From Methanocaldococcus indicus (GTDB lineage: Archaea > AGJL01 > Methanococci > Methanococcales > Methanocaldococcaceae): a DNA stretch of 64,000 nucleotides. Where the stretch lies: NCBI RefSeq assembly GCF_049554935.1, contig NZ_CP186926.1, positions 576,001 through 640,000 on the forward strand, read 5' to 3'. Within the stretch, counting starts at the first letter, position 1. Every line of letters starts with the position of its first letter. This document shows positions 19,536 through 30,585 of this stretch, in pieces. The position numbers were made by a program, and so were the translations under genes. The notes beneath the pieces were generated by a model. That model was not told the DNA's origin. It did not search any database and worked only from the letters and a program-made list of their open reading frames with translations.

Positions 19536-20924
19536 ATGAATATAAATATTGGATTATTTGGTCATATAGACCATGGAAAAACAGAATTAGCCAAAAGATT
19601 AAGTGAAATTATTTCAACATCTGCATTAGATAAGCCAAAAGAATCAAGAGAAAGGGGAATAACAATAGATTTGGGATTTTCTTCTTTTATTTTGGATAAG
19701 TATAGAATAACATTGGTAGATGCTCCTGGACATTCAGAACTAATAAAAACTGCTGTTAATGCAGGAAAAATTATAGATTTAGCTTTATTAGTTGTAGATG
19801 CAAAAGAAGGACCAAAAACCCAAACAGGAGAACATTTAATTGTTTTAGATTTGTTGAATATTCCCACTATTGTAGTTATTAATAAGATAGATATAGCAAG
19901 TAAGGAAGAGATTGAAAGAACAAAAAAATTAATGAAAATTATTTTAGATTCAACAAATAATTTAAAAAACTCTAAAATTGTGGAGATATCTGCAAAAACA
20001 GGGGATGGAATAGATGAATTAAAAAAAATTATTAAGGAGACATTAGATAATTTAACAATTGTAAGGGATGTAAATAACTTTTTTAAAATGCCTATTGACC
20101 ATGCATTTAAAATAAAAGGTATTGGAACAGTAGTGACAGGAACAATTTTAAAGGGAAAAGTTAAAGTTGGAGATACATTAATTGTATATCCTACAAATTT
20201 AGAGGTTAAAGTTAAATCTATACAATGTTTTAAGGAGAATGTTGAAGAAGCTAAGGCAGGAAATAGAGTAGGAATGAACTTATCTGGAATAGAGCCAGAA
20301 CAGATATTTAGAGGTTGTGTATTATCAAGTTTAGAGAACAATCTTAAATTAACTGATAAATTTGTTGCAAAAATAAAAATTGTAGATATATTTAAATATA
20401 ATTTAACACCTAAAATGAAAGTGCATCTTAACATTGGTTTATTAACAATTTCAGCCAGGATATATCCATTTAAAAAATTAAATATAGATAATAAAGAGGA
20501 AAATATTGTTTTAAATGAAATAAAAGCAGGAGATGAATGTTATTGTTTATTTGAATTAGAAAAAAAAGTTATGATGGAAGAGGGAGATAAAATATTAATT
20601 TTAAGGTTAGATTTACCAGCAACAACTTTAAGAATTGCTGGAATTGGAGAAGTTATTGGATTTGACAATGTTGAATTAAAAAAATTGTCAGTTAAAAAAG
20701 GAAAAGTAGTTAAAAGAAAAAATAAATTAGTAGTAGAAGGATTAGCTACATCAAAAAAATCAGCTGAGAAACTTATTGGTGAGAGAGTATATATAAAAGA
20801 TAAAAATATTGTTGGAATAATTAAAGAAACATTTGGAACAAAAGGAGCCTTATTAGTTGATTTTAATGGAGATGTAGAAGGGGGGGAAGAGGTAGAACTT
20901 ATTAGAGTTAGGAAATGGGGGTGA
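19536..20924 (+). CDS. selB: Selenocysteine-specific elongation factor SelB (archaeal)
   Basis: GHIDHGKT, RGITIDLGFS, DAPGH, QTGEH, NKID, IDHAF.IKG.GTVVTG, C-terminal domain IV with FGTKG. Confidence 0.93.
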   Translation: MNINIGLFGHIDHGKTELAKRLSEIISTSALDKPKESRERGITIDLGFSSFILDKYRITLVDAPGHSELIKTAVNAGKIIDLALLVVDAKEGPKTQTGEHLIVLDLLNIPTIVVINKIDIASKEEIERTKKLMKIILDSTNNLKNSKIVEISAKTGDGIDELKKIIKETLDNLTIVRDVNNFFKMPIDHAFKIKGIGTVVTGTILKGKVKVGDTLIVYPTNLEVKVKSIQCFKENVEEAKAGNRVGMNLSGIEPEQIFRGCVLSSLENNLKLTDKFVAKIKIVDIFKYNLTPKMKVHLNIGLLTISARIYPFKKLNIDNKEENIVLNEIKAGDECYCLFELEKKVMMEEGDKILILRLDLPATTLRIAGIGEVIGFDNVELKKLSVKKGKVVKRKNKLVVEGLATSKKSAEKLIGERVYIKDKNIVGIIKETFGTKGALLVDFNGDVEGGEEVELIRVRKWG

Positions 20925-21352
20925 AACTGTTGTATTATATTCTAAATAAAACAAACAAAAAATTAGGAGTTGCCTTAAAAAATAAAAAAATTTTATATCA
21001 TATGAAAAACAACAATGATGAGGTTTATATCTGGATGAATCTTGAATCTTCTGCACTTTTGAAGATACTACTTGAAGAGAGTGTAAAAACAGCTGAAAAA
21101 GTTAATAAAGAATATAGAGTTTTAGGAATAAAGAGGCACAAGATAATTGATATAGGGACAGTTTTTGGATATGATGGGAGGATATCTATTGGAGTTCTAC
21201 CAGCTGATGAGGAGAGAGTTGCATCTATTTTAGTAGGATTCCATAAAGATGATAATAAAATACATACATCAATAACTACAACTCCAAAAAAGATAGCTCT
21301 CTTATGTATAATTTTAAATAATTTAATAACAAAAGGGATATTTGAGGAATAA
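20915..21352 (+). CDS. Hypothetical protein
   Basis: 145-aa ORF overlapping the selB stop; typical codon usage. Confidence 0.7.
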   Translation: MGVKLLYYILNKTNKKLGVALKNKKILYHMKNNNDEVYIWMNLESSALLKILLEESVKTAEKVNKEYRVLGIKRHKIIDIGTVFGYDGRISIGVLPADEERVASILVGFHKDDNKIHTSITTTPKKIALLCIILNNLITKGIFEE

Positions 21353-21354
21353 AG

Positions 21355-22254
21355 ATGCTAATATGGGATATTATTTATTTTGTTCTTGGACTAATTTTGT
21401 TGTATTATGGTAGTGATTGGTTTGTTTTAGGAGCTGAAAGATTAGCAAAATTTTTTAATGTATCAAATTTTGTTATTGGAGCTACTGTTGTAGCTATTGG
21501 AACATCTCTTCCAGAGATAGTAACATCTATTTATGCAGCTTTAACAAACTCCCCAGGAATAACTGTTGGAAATGCTATTGGTTCATGTGTATGCAATATA
21601 GGCCTAATTTTAGGAGTATCTGCAGTAATATCACCTATATTATTAAATAAAGAATTAAAAAAAAATATTACTTATTATATAATTTTGATAGTTATTTTAA
21701 CAATCCTGTCAATTAATGGATTTGATACTATTGATGGAATTATACTATTAATATTAACATTACTTTATTTAAAAAAGACAATATCTGATGGTAAGGTAGA
21801 AGAAAACAACAATAATAAAGATTTCTCATTACCATTCTCTATTATTATGTTGGTTATAGGATTAGGAGCTGTTTTGTCTGGCTCACAGTTTTTAGTTGAG
21901 GGAGCAAAAGGATTAGCTAAGGCTTTTGGAGTTCCAGACTTTATTATTGGATTTACACTTGTAGCTATTGGAACATCTCTTCCAGAGTTGATGGTTTCTA
22001 TAATATCTGCAAAAAGAAAATTAGGAGGATTAGTATTAGGTAATATCTTAGGAAGTAATATAATTGATGTAGGATTTGCATTAGGTTTGCCAGCAGTGTT
22101 TTATCATCTACCTTCCAACTACTTAGGGATATTATCATTATTTATACTATCAGCTTTAATTTATATATTTTCATTAAAAAACAAAATTAGTAGAGTTGAT
22201 GGGGCTATTATTTTAATAATATATTTAATTACAATATATTTCATATTTTTTTAG
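21355..22254 (+). CDS. Calcium/sodium antiporter (CaCA, NCX-type)
   Basis: Two alpha-repeats VAIGTSLPE; GNAIGS and GNILGSN. Confidence 0.92.
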   Translation: MLIWDIIYFVLGLILLYYGSDWFVLGAERLAKFFNVSNFVIGATVVAIGTSLPEIVTSIYAALTNSPGITVGNAIGSCVCNIGLILGVSAVISPILLNKELKKNITYYIILIVILTILSINGFDTIDGIILLILTLLYLKKTISDGKVEENNNNKDFSLPFSIIMLVIGLGAVLSGSQFLVEGAKGLAKAFGVPDFIIGFTLVAIGTSLPELMVSIISAKRKLGGLVLGNILGSNIIDVGFALGLPAVFYHLPSNYLGILSLFILSALIYIFSLKNKISRVDGAIILIIYLITIYFIFF

Positions 22255-22269
22255 ATTTTGGTGATTTTT

Positions 22270-24114
22270 ATGGATTTAAAAAAGATGTTGGCTGAGAAGA
22301 TAGGAATATCAGTAGAAGAATTAGATAAATTAATTAAAGAGAAAATTGATGAATATGGAGGAATTTTATTGGAGGAAGCTGCTTTAAATATAATTGCTAA
22401 AGAGTATGGGATAAATCTAAAAGAGGATGTAGAAGATTTTTTAATAAAAGATATCCAAGAAGGACAGATAAATGTTGAAGTTGTTGGAATTGTTAAAGAT
22501 GTATCTCCTTTAAAAACTTACAAAAAAAAGGATGGTAGTGAAGGACACTATAAAAAGGTAGTTATAGCAGACAAATCAGGAGAGATTACTATAACATTAT
22601 GGGATGATTTAGCTAAAAAAGATATAAAGGTTGGAGATATTTTAAAAATAAAAAGAGCAAGAGCAAAAAAATGGAGAGACAATTTAGAACTCACATCTTA
22701 CCAAGATACAACTATTAATATATTAGACAGTCATAAAAAAGAGCTCCCAGAAATTAAGGAAGTATATAATATAGAAGAACTAAAACCTGGGATGAGAGCA
22801 ACTATAATAGGAAATGTTATTTCAGCATATCCATTAAAAGAATTTAAAAGAAATGATAAAATTGGAAGATTTAAATCTTTCATATTGGATGATGGAACAG
22901 GAATTATAAGAGTTACCTTGTGGGATGACTTAGCTTTGAAAGTTGATGTAAGAAAAGGAGATAAAGTAAAAGTTAAGGGATTTATTAGAAAAAACTATTA
23001 CTTTGAAGATGCATTAGAATGCACAGCTGAGGAAGTAGAGATATTAGAGAAAGGTGAAGTCCCTGAAAGTCCATTAGTAAAAATAAATGAACTAAAAAAT
23101 TATGACAATGAAGTTGTAAGTGTTGAAGGAATTATAAAAGCGATTAGTGGTAAAAAATATAGATATATCAATGATGAAAAAAGAAGGTTTATATCTGTAT
23201 TGTTAGAAGATGAGACAGGAGAAGTAAATATAAATTTCTGGAGTTCAAGAGGATTTTTATTAGATGAAGTAAAAGAAGGAGACAAAGTAAAAATAAAGAA
23301 TTGTAAAGTTAATGTTTATTATACAGAGGATGGAGAAGAAATTATTAATTTAAATGCAACATCTGAGACAGAAATTGAAAAACTTGGAGAAACTGAGTTT
23401 AATATAGAGTTTTATAAAATTAGAGATATTTTAGAGGGAGATATTGATAATATAAATCTTATTGGGAAAGTTGTAGATATATATATAAATGAAGTTTTAA
23501 TTAATGATGATATAAGAACTGTAAAAAATATAATTGTTGAAGATGACACTGGAAGAATTAGATTGGTTGTGTGGGATGATAGAGAAGTAAATGTAAAAGA
23601 AGGAGATACAATAAAGATACTAAATGCAAAAATTAGAGAAAGAGACAATTATAAAGATTTAGTTTTAGGAAAATATGGAAGAGTAGATGTTATTGAAAAT
23701 GGAATATTTAGAAAGTTTATAGCTGATTTAGTAGAAGGAGAAAATGCTGAGATAAGAGGAGCAATAGTCAAACTTTTATCAGGCCCTGTTGTAAAGATAT
23801 GTCCAAACTGTAAAAAAAGAGTTGATAATTACTGTGAGGAATGTGGAATTGAGGGAAAAGATGTTTTAACATTATCTTTTATATTGGATGATGGAACAGA
23901 CAATGTAATATGTAGAGCTTATGATAACAAAGTTGAAAAACTACTAAAAGATATTAAAGAAAATATCATTAACAAATCTTTGGAAGAATTAAATACCATC
24001 TTAGGAGAAGAGTTTGTTTTATTTGGTAATTATTCAAATGATACTTTTAATGTTAGATTGGTGAAAAATGTTGATATAAAAAAAGAAATTAAAATATTAA
24101 AAGATTTATTGTAA
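22270..24114 (+). CDS. rpa: Replication protein A (multi-OB-fold ssDNA-binding protein with zinc finger)
   Basis: Four repeated D.TG.I..TLW-type OB motifs; CPNC...CEEC; LDDGTD. Confidence 0.9.
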   Translation: MDLKKMLAEKIGISVEELDKLIKEKIDEYGGILLEEAALNIIAKEYGINLKEDVEDFLIKDIQEGQINVEVVGIVKDVSPLKTYKKKDGSEGHYKKVVIADKSGEITITLWDDLAKKDIKVGDILKIKRARAKKWRDNLELTSYQDTTINILDSHKKELPEIKEVYNIEELKPGMRATIIGNVISAYPLKEFKRNDKIGRFKSFILDDGTGIIRVTLWDDLALKVDVRKGDKVKVKGFIRKNYYFEDALECTAEEVEILEKGEVPESPLVKINELKNYDNEVVSVEGIIKAISGKKYRYINDEKRRFISVLLEDETGEVNINFWSSRGFLLDEVKEGDKVKIKNCKVNVYYTEDGEEIINLNATSETEIEKLGETEFNIEFYKIRDILEGDIDNINLIGKVVDIYINEVLINDDIRTVKNIIVEDDTGRIRLVVWDDREVNVKEGDTIKILNAKIRERDNYKDLVLGKYGRVDVIENGIFRKFIADLVEGENAEIRGAIVKLLSGPVVKICPNCKKRVDNYCEECGIEGKDVLTLSFILDDGTDNVICRAYDNKVEKLLKDIKENIINKSLEELNTILGEEFVLFGNYSNDTFNVRLVKNVDIKKEIKILKDLL

Positions 24115-26877
24115 ATACTCTTTTCCATAATCAACTTCATATACTTTAAATCCTGGTTGAATTCCTGGATTTGTTGGGTCAAAGCTTTCTTTTACTAATC
24201 TTATATGTTTTAGTCCATATCCATCTAAGAAGTGTAATCTTGCATATATACTATCCTCCAAGTTTCTTGTTGCTAACCAACTCCAACCATATCCATTTTC
24301 TTTTAATCTAACAAATAAAGATAATTCTCCATCTTTATCAACTATTCTCTCAACAACTGTTCCATTTGGATACATTATATAAACTTTATGTAGCTTAAAT
24401 TTACCAACTGGTTGGTATTGACCATAATATTCTCTTAAAATATATGTTGAGACATTACTTCCATTTATAACTACAGAATACAATAGATTACCTAACCTTA
24501 TATTTGCTACAACTAAATTATTGCTGTACTCTTTTGATATACCTTTATAGAAAGCTCCTTTTTCTCTTTTTTCATTTGGAGTATTTGGTGGTAAAGAGAA
24601 GTTCCAGAATCCAAACATACTCCATACTGGGGCAATATCTGTCATTCTATTGTATGTTATTAGATAATCTGGATTTGGATGTTCTGGATGAGTGTAGTTA
24701 AGAAGTGTTTTAGCATCTTCTGGTTTTAGGTGATATTTATTTACTAGGATATCATAAGCTTTAGTTCTATCAACTGGAAGAATCTCATTTAATATTTTTA
24801 CTATCATTGAGACATTACCATGAGTATAGTTCCATAATATTCCATCTTTTTGATAAGCTTTATCTCCACTTGTAGCTATCATTCTAATTATTCCAACTGC
24901 TAAGCTTTCATTACTTGTTGCAAAGATTCTCCCTACCCAATAGGCTCTTGGAGTATTTTGACAACCTCCATCAAATGTAACCATCTTTCTTGTTGCCCAT
25001 GTATATATATGCCCATTATCCCACCAACAGGTTATAACTGAATTGTTAGGAGTATTTTCTTTAATCCATTCTAAACTTTCTTTCCATCCATTATTAAATG
25101 TAGGTGCTGTTGTAAATGGCACAACTGCTGCAACCATTGGCACAACTAATCCAATAGCCAATAATACAGATGATACTTTAATTATAGTTTCTTTCTTGTC
25201 CTTCAAAGTTGTATATATATCAACTATTTTATATACAAACAGTAATGCTAATGAAACCAATAATATGAACTCAGCTATAGGAACATACATACTTGGGACT
25301 AATAGATTTGGAAGTTTATTAGAATATTTAGCCAATATAAATAATCCAAATAGTACTATTGGAATTCCTATTCCATAAATAGATGATTCATATTTTCTTA
25401 AGATTCTATCAATTTGCCCAGCAATAATACCTAAACCTATTGCTAATGGAGGAGTTGCTAATGATGTAAATCTAATACCTTTTGTTGAAGCATACAATGT
25501 AATAGTCAACCAAATAGTTAATAAAATTGAATATTTTATATCTAAACTTATTTTTTCTCTTCTTAATATAATAAATGAAGATAAAATTCCTAAAATTCCT
25601 AATACTCCATAATCTACTCTTCCAATAGCATCTATAAATATCTCTCTGAAAGAGTTTGGTTTTTGTAACTCTGCAACTGTCTGGTAGACATTAGGCCAAC
25701 CTGATGGAAGAACATAAGTATTTGATGATAAAACTTTTTGCATTCCTATAGGAGACAATATTGGAGATAGAGCCATATTTGCTCCATAGATTATGGAAAT
25801 TAATGCTAAACTGCCAACTAAATATAATCCTGCTAATAAAAATGCATTTTTAATATTTGGAAGATTGATATAGCTTATTCTTACATTTTTTAATACTGAT
25901 ATTAAAATTAGATATACTACTAAAAATATAGCAACTACATCAAAACCATACCACCAAGCTCCCCACATTTTTGGAGCTAAAACTGTTGTTAAAACAGCTA
26001 AACCAATAAACATCTCAAATTCAATGTCTTGATTTTTAAAGTATTTATAAGCTATAATAATTAAACCAGCTAATATAGATAGTATAGAAAAGATGTAGAA
26101 GAATATTGCTGCTCTGACAATTTCAAAAGTTTGAGCAATATAACTTAGATAAACTCCAGTTATTAAAACAACTAAGAAAGAAATTCCTAAATATATTTTA
26201 GTTAAATCTATTTTTTTACTTTTAAATGCTGAACTATCTATAAAGTGTAATCCTTCCAAAATAAACCATATTATATAAAGAATAGGTAAAACTTCAAATA
26301 TAGGTGTATCTGCAAATCCTGCAACTGTCTTTGAGAACAAATTAGGAGCTGTTATTAAAGCTATAGCCCCAACTAATCCACCAATATTACTGTTTGTTAC
26401 TCTCCTAACTATGAAGAATATTGGTATCCCTAAAAGCACACTTAACAATGCTGGAAACCAAAATGCTGCATTCATTATTGTTACTGTATTATCAAAACTA
26501 TGCCAGATAATATATAAGAAATCTTCAACCAAACAGATTATTGGAGGTTCCCAACTTACAGGATGTCCTGGAGGAGCATATTGTATAGAATCATAAGGTA
26601 CTAACTTTCCATTTATTACTTTTAAAGTTTCTCCAATATACCCTTTATAATACAGATTTTCAGATAATCTTAAATAATAGTATGGGTCTAATGCTAAAAG
26701 ATACATTCTCCCATGTTCATCTGAAAACATCTTTTTTAAAATTTCATTATTTTGAGCAAATTTCATATCTGCTGTTTGAGCTCTTAATTGAAAACTTAAA
26801 AACATTAAAAAAATTATAATTAAGCATATCTTTAACCATTCTTTCTCTTTAAAAAATTTATTTATCTTTTCTATCAA
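24106..26877 (-). CDS. aglB: Oligosaccharyltransferase AglB (STT3)
   Basis: DPYY, TVAE, WWDNG, multiple TM segments; TTG start after GGTGA. Confidence 0.93.
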   Translation of the reverse strand: MIEKINKFFKEKEWLKICLIIIFLMFLSFQLRAQTADMKFAQNNEILKKMFSDEHGRMYLLALDPYYYLRLSENLYYKGYIGETLKVINGKLVPYDSIQYAPPGHPVSWEPPIICLVEDFLYIIWHSFDNTVTIMNAAFWFPALLSVLLGIPIFFIVRRVTNSNIGGLVGAIALITAPNLFSKTVAGFADTPIFEVLPILYIIWFILEGLHFIDSSAFKSKKIDLTKIYLGISFLVVLITGVYLSYIAQTFEIVRAAIFFYIFSILSILAGLIIIAYKYFKNQDIEFEMFIGLAVLTTVLAPKMWGAWWYGFDVVAIFLVVYLILISVLKNVRISYINLPNIKNAFLLAGLYLVGSLALISIIYGANMALSPILSPIGMQKVLSSNTYVLPSGWPNVYQTVAELQKPNSFREIFIDAIGRVDYGVLGILGILSSFIILRREKISLDIKYSILLTIWLTITLYASTKGIRFTSLATPPLAIGLGIIAGQIDRILRKYESSIYGIGIPIVLFGLFILAKYSNKLPNLLVPSMYVPIAEFILLVSLALLFVYKIVDIYTTLKDKKETIIKVSSVLLAIGLVVPMVAAVVPFTTAPTFNNGWKESLEWIKENTPNNSVITCWWDNGHIYTWATRKMVTFDGGCQNTPRAYWVGRIFATSNESLAVGIIRMIATSGDKAYQKDGILWNYTHGNVSMIVKILNEILPVDRTKAYDILVNKYHLKPEDAKTLLNYTHPEHPNPDYLITYNRMTDIAPVWSMFGFWNFSLPPNTPNEKREKGAFYKGISKEYSNNLVVANIRLGNLLYSVVINGSNVSTYILREYYGQYQPVGKFKLHKVYIMYPNGTVVERIVDKDGELSLFVRLKENGYGWSWLATRNLEDSIYARLHFLDGYGLKHIRLVKESFDPTNPGIQPGFKVYEVDYGKEYLQ

Positions 26878-26887
26878 GATTTCACCT

Positions 26888-27202
26888 TTATTTGTTTTTA
26901 TATACTTCTCCATCTTGTAAAACAATTAATCCATTTTCACCAACAACTTCATAAATCTTAGGTAGAACATTTTTTATATTTTCTTCAATATCAACACATT
27001 CAATAACAACTGGAAGATTTAAAGACAACCTTAAAATATCAAAAGTTGATATACCTCTAACTCCATATCCCATAATTCCTCTAAATACTGTTGCACCACT
27101 TATATTATTTTCTTTTAAAATCTCTATTATGTGTTTGTATGCTGGTTCTCCGTGATATTTGTCATCTTCTCTAAGATAAATTTTTAAGATTTTTACTTTC
27201 AT
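26888..27202 (-). CDS. DUF190 family PII-like protein
   Basis: GATVFRGIMGYG, LS.NLPVVIE.VD; adjacent to crcB. Confidence 0.9.
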   Translation of the reverse strand: MKVKILKIYLREDDKYHGEPAYKHIIEILKENNISGATVFRGIMGYGVRGISTFDILRLSLNLPVVIECVDIEENIKNVLPKIYEVVGENGLIVLQDGEVYKNK

Positions 27203-27570
27203 ACTCTCACAATATATAATGCTAATAATCTACCTAAGAATATCATAAATAAACATCCAACAACATTTATAAATATGTTTATTATTGCTAATAAAATTTC
27301 ATTCTCTTCTATTAAAGTAAATGTTTCATAAGAAAATGTAGAAAAAGTGGTTAGAGAACCACAAAAACCAACTGCTATAAAAAATCTATATTCTGAGGGA
27401 ATAGGTAAAAAAAGAGATGAATACATAAAAAATCCCAATATAAAGCTACCTATTAGATTAACTGCCAAAGTCCCTAATGGGAAGTTATATTTTGTAAAGA
27501 TTCCTGAAATAATGTATCTCAATATTGCTCCAAAAAATCCACCTAATCCAATTAGTATGAACTTGTTCAT
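27199..27570 (-). CDS. crcB: Fluoride efflux channel CrcB/FluC
   Basis: GGFFGAILRY, PLGTLAVNLIGSF, GFCGSLTTFSTF. Confidence 0.95.
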   Translation of the reverse strand: MNKFILIGLGGFFGAILRYIISGIFTKYNFPLGTLAVNLIGSFILGFFMYSSLFLPIPSEYRFFIAVGFCGSLTTFSTFSYETFTLIEENEILLAIINIFINVVGCLFMIFLGRLLALYIVRV

Positions 27571-28184
27571 TCTCTCACATATACACAAACTGTTAAATAA
27601 GAAAAATTATTTTTGGCTATATCTTTTAACTTCATCTTCCTTATTTTTTCATTTGGATATGTTAAATTTTCTAAAACATATATCTCTAAATCATCATTTA
27701 AACCAGAATTTATTAATATTTTAGCATCTTCTTTTAAATTGTTTGGTAAAAAAATAACATTTTCTTTATTTTTTAATAGATTTATTAATTTTTTTATATT
27801 TTCAGATTTTCCATGAAGAGTAACTATTGTAAAATCTTCCCAAGATATTTTTAACTTAGCAGCAGCTACTTGAATAGAAGATATTCCAGAAACAACTTCA
27901 ATATCTTTTTTATCTACTCCCAACTTTAATAGAGTTTTTAATAAACCACTAAAACATGGGTCTCCTGTGGAAAGAATAGCTATATTTTTATCTTTTATTT
28001 TTATAATATCTTTTAACTCATTTAATAAATTTTTAGATAACTCTATCTTTTTATTATTTTCTATATCAAAAAGATTTAAAGCTCTTCTACTTCCAACTAT
28101 TATATCACAACTATCCACAACTTTCTTAGCTTTATCTGTTAAATACTCCTTATCTCCTGGACCTATCCCCACAATATAAATCAT
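27567..28184 (-). CDS. cbiE: Cobalt-precorrin-7 C5-methyltransferase
   Basis: IVGIGPG, STGDPCFSG, GISSIQ.AAA, TLHG, ENL.YP.E. Confidence 0.88.
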   Translation of the reverse strand: MIYIVGIGPGDKEYLTDKAKKVVDSCDIIVGSRRALNLFDIENNKKIELSKNLLNELKDIIKIKDKNIAILSTGDPCFSGLLKTLLKLGVDKKDIEVVSGISSIQVAAAKLKISWEDFTIVTLHGKSENIKKLINLLKNKENVIFLPNNLKEDAKILINSGLNDDLEIYVLENLTYPNEKIRKMKLKDIAKNNFSYLTVCVYVRE

Positions 28185-28193
28185 CTTTATTCC

Positions 28194-28604
28194 TCAATAG
28201 AATGATAATAATATAATTCCAATTAAAATTAAAATGACACCTATAGCTTGATTAATTGTGAGAGTTTCCTTTAAAAATATTATTGAGAGAATAACTGTTA
28301 TAGCTGGACCAATAGATGATATAGGAACAACAATACTTGCCTTGCCTTTATATAAAGCATAATATAAAACTAATGAACCTAAAACTACAAATATTCCTGC
28401 TATTATTGCATATAAAACTATTTTTGCATCATTAACAATTATGTTCTTATATTTGAATATTAAAAATAATGTTAAAATAATTCCAACAATATTAACAACT
28501 ATCCACTGAAAAAGAGGATTTTTTTCACATACTATTTTAGCAAAAAAAGTTCCAACACCATATAAAACAGCTACCAACAATCCCAAAATTATTGCAATAT
28601 CCAT
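28194..28604 (-). CDS. EamA/DMT family small transporter
   Basis: YAL..GKASIVVPI, FLKE.L; 5 TM segments. Confidence 0.85.
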   Translation of the reverse strand: MDIAIILGLLVAVLYGVGTFFAKIVCEKNPLFQWIVVNIVGIILTLFLIFKYKNIIVNDAKIVLYAIIAGIFVVLGSLVLYYALYKGKASIVVPISSIGPAITVILSIIFLKETLTINQAIGVILILIGIILLSFY

Positions 28605-28625
28605 AATTTCACAAAAAAATATAAT

Positions 28626-29648
28626 TTATAATTTTTCAGCTCTTAAATCAATTGTCTGATTCATTCCTGGACCTGTTGAGATTATAGTAACAGGAACTTT
28701 TGTAACTTCTTCAATTTTTTCTATAAAATCTCTTGCTTTTTTTGTTAATTTATTATACTCTCTAACTCCATAACAACTTTTATCATACTTATCCAATCCT
28801 GTTATTGCTATTTGAGTAGCTCCATTTAATCTACAAGCTTTTTTAGCCATTTCAAAGTCAAAATAACCAACTCTTCTCCTTCTGCCTGTTACTGTTCCAT
28901 ATTCAACCAATCCTAATCTTTCTGCTTCTTCTTCACTCATCTCAGTAGGAAATGGGCCTGCTCCTACTCTTGTAGGATAACTTTTAAAAACAACTAAGAC
29001 ATCATCCACTTTTGTTGGGCCAATTCCAACATCAGCTGCAAAGCTTGAAGCTGTTGTATCTTTTGATGTTACATAAGGATATGTTCCATAGTATAAAGAT
29101 AAAAATGTCCCTTGTGTTCCTTCAATTAAAACATCTCCACCATTATCTAATGTATCATTTAACAATTCAGATACATCTCCTAAAAATTCTTTTAATTCTT
29201 CTATATCTTTAGCTTGTTTCAAAATTCTTAAAACTCTATCTACATTAGCTGGCCCACATCCACTGCCAGTAGTTCCAATTTCTTTTGATAGGTGTTCATC
29301 TTGTCTATCCATTAATTTATGCTTCTCCTCTATTATCCCAGCTCTATAATCTACAATTAATCTCTCTTTTACATTGAATTCCTTTAACATCTCAACCTCT
29401 TTTAGTAAAACTTCAGGGTCAACTAAAACACCTGCTCCAATAGCCAATTTTGCCTCTTTATGAGGAAATCCTGTTGGAACCATTCTTATTCCATAACTCT
29501 TTCCTTTAACATTTACAGTATGTCCTGCATTTGGTCCCACTCCTCCCCTTGCTATAACATCAGGCTTATCTTTACTACATATATAGCTGATAACTTTTCC
29601 TTTACCTTCATCTCCCCACTGTCCTCCAACTATAATTAGACATGACAA
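28626..29648 (-). CDS. purA: Adenylosuccinate synthetase (short archaeal type)
   Basis: [45 protein letters not shown]. Confidence 0.96.
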   Translation of the reverse strand: MSCLIIVGGQWGDEGKGKVISYICSKDKPDVIARGGVGPNAGHTVNVKGKSYGIRMVPTGFPHKEAKLAIGAGVLVDPEVLLKEVEMLKEFNVKERLIVDYRAGIIEEKHKLMDRQDEHLSKEIGTTGSGCGPANVDRVLRILKQAKDIEELKEFLGDVSELLNDTLDNGGDVLIEGTQGTFLSLYYGTYPYVTSKDTTASSFAADVGIGPTKVDDVLVVFKSYPTRVGAGPFPTEMSEEEAERLGLVEYGTVTGRRRRVGYFDFEMAKKACRLNGATQIAITGLDKYDKSCYGVREYNKLTKKARDFIEKIEEVTKVPVTIISTGPGMNQTIDLRAEKL

Positions 29649-29739
29649 AAATAACACCAAATATTATTTTTTAATTATCCAAAGAATTATTTAGAATACT
29701 TAATAATATATAACATTTATCTTAATTATTATAATAAGG

Positions 29740-30585
29740 TTATCTTACAAGGTATCTTAATATCTTCTCAGCCCCATCTGTTGGTTCTAATGCTCCTTTA
29801 TAAACTTCTTCAACAATATCTTTGATAAATTTTTTATCTTTTGTATTTTTTAAATATTGAATAAATAAAGGGCAATATCCTAAATCTTCTCTACATTTGA
29901 TTGGAAATATCTTAATAAAATTAATGAATGTTTGAGATTTTTTTGTTACTATATCTGTTGATAAGCATGTTGTGAATATAGTTCCTTCTTCTTTTATGTA
30001 GTTAGATAGAAATCCACAAGGATAACTGTTTATAACTTCTTTAAAATTAATAGTTAGATTTATTGTTTTATAAGGTATTTTATTTTCTTCTAAATATTCA
30101 ATTATATTTTTTCTAACTTTTGGAGGAGTTATTGGATTATTATTCAATATTATTGCCTCAACACTAAAAATATCCTTTAAAATCTTTAAAACTTCTAAAT
30201 CTTTTTGGCATGAAATTAAAACTTTAACTTTTCTGTTACTCTTTTTATTTTCTAAAAAATAGTTTGAAATATCTAACACTTCCTGATTTTTATAAAATTT
30301 TTTTATTAATTTACATCTCTCCTTAAAAAGTATAAAATCAGAATAATCTTCAACTTTAATAACATCTACATCCAACAATTTTTTAAGTTTTCCTACTATC
30401 CAGCCTCCTGGTCCAATAATAGCAGATTTATCACTTCTATTTTTTGTATAAATATATAAAATATTATTTTCAAGTTTTATATCTACAATATCTATATCCA
30501 CTTTTTTTAATCCAATACTTTCTCTTATTTCATTTATATATCTAATTATTTCTGATGGCAATAATTGTCTTTCCTCCTTTGACAT
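29740..30585 (-). CDS. KH-like domain plus degenerate PP-loop-like protein
   Basis: RSDKSAIIGPGGWIVG, CPLF, GALEPTDGA. Confidence 0.65.
   Translation of the reverse strand: MSKEERQLLPSEIIRYINEIRESIGLKKVDIDIVDIKLENNILYIYTKNRSDKSAIIGPGGWIVGKLKKLLDVDVIKVEDYSDFILFKERCKLIKKFYKNQEVLDISNYFLENKKSNRKVKVLISCQKDLEVLKILKDIFSVEAIILNNNPITPPKVRKNIIEYLEENKIPYKTINLTINFKEVINSYPCGFLSNYIKEEGTIFTTCLSTDIVTKKSQTFINFIKIFPIKCREDLGYCPLFIQYLKNTKDKKFIKDIVEEVYKGALEPTDGAEKILRYLVR

Noticed and set aside
19562-20434. 290-aa ORF antisense to selB, and similar shadow ORFs over mutS, mtd, alaS, moeA and prefoldin
   Set aside because: These are antisense mirrors of strongly supported genes, with S/F/I/L-biased composition and no motifs.
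21490-21987. 27-bp exact repeat GTAGCTATTGGAACATCTCTTCCAGAG inside the antiporter gene
   Set aside because: It encodes the two conserved alpha-repeats (VAIGTSLPE) of CaCA exchangers.
26888-28625. Possible fluoride riboswitch upstream of crcB-DUF190
   Set aside because: crcB overlaps cbiE with no leader, and no crcB-motif sequence was recognised upstream of the operon.
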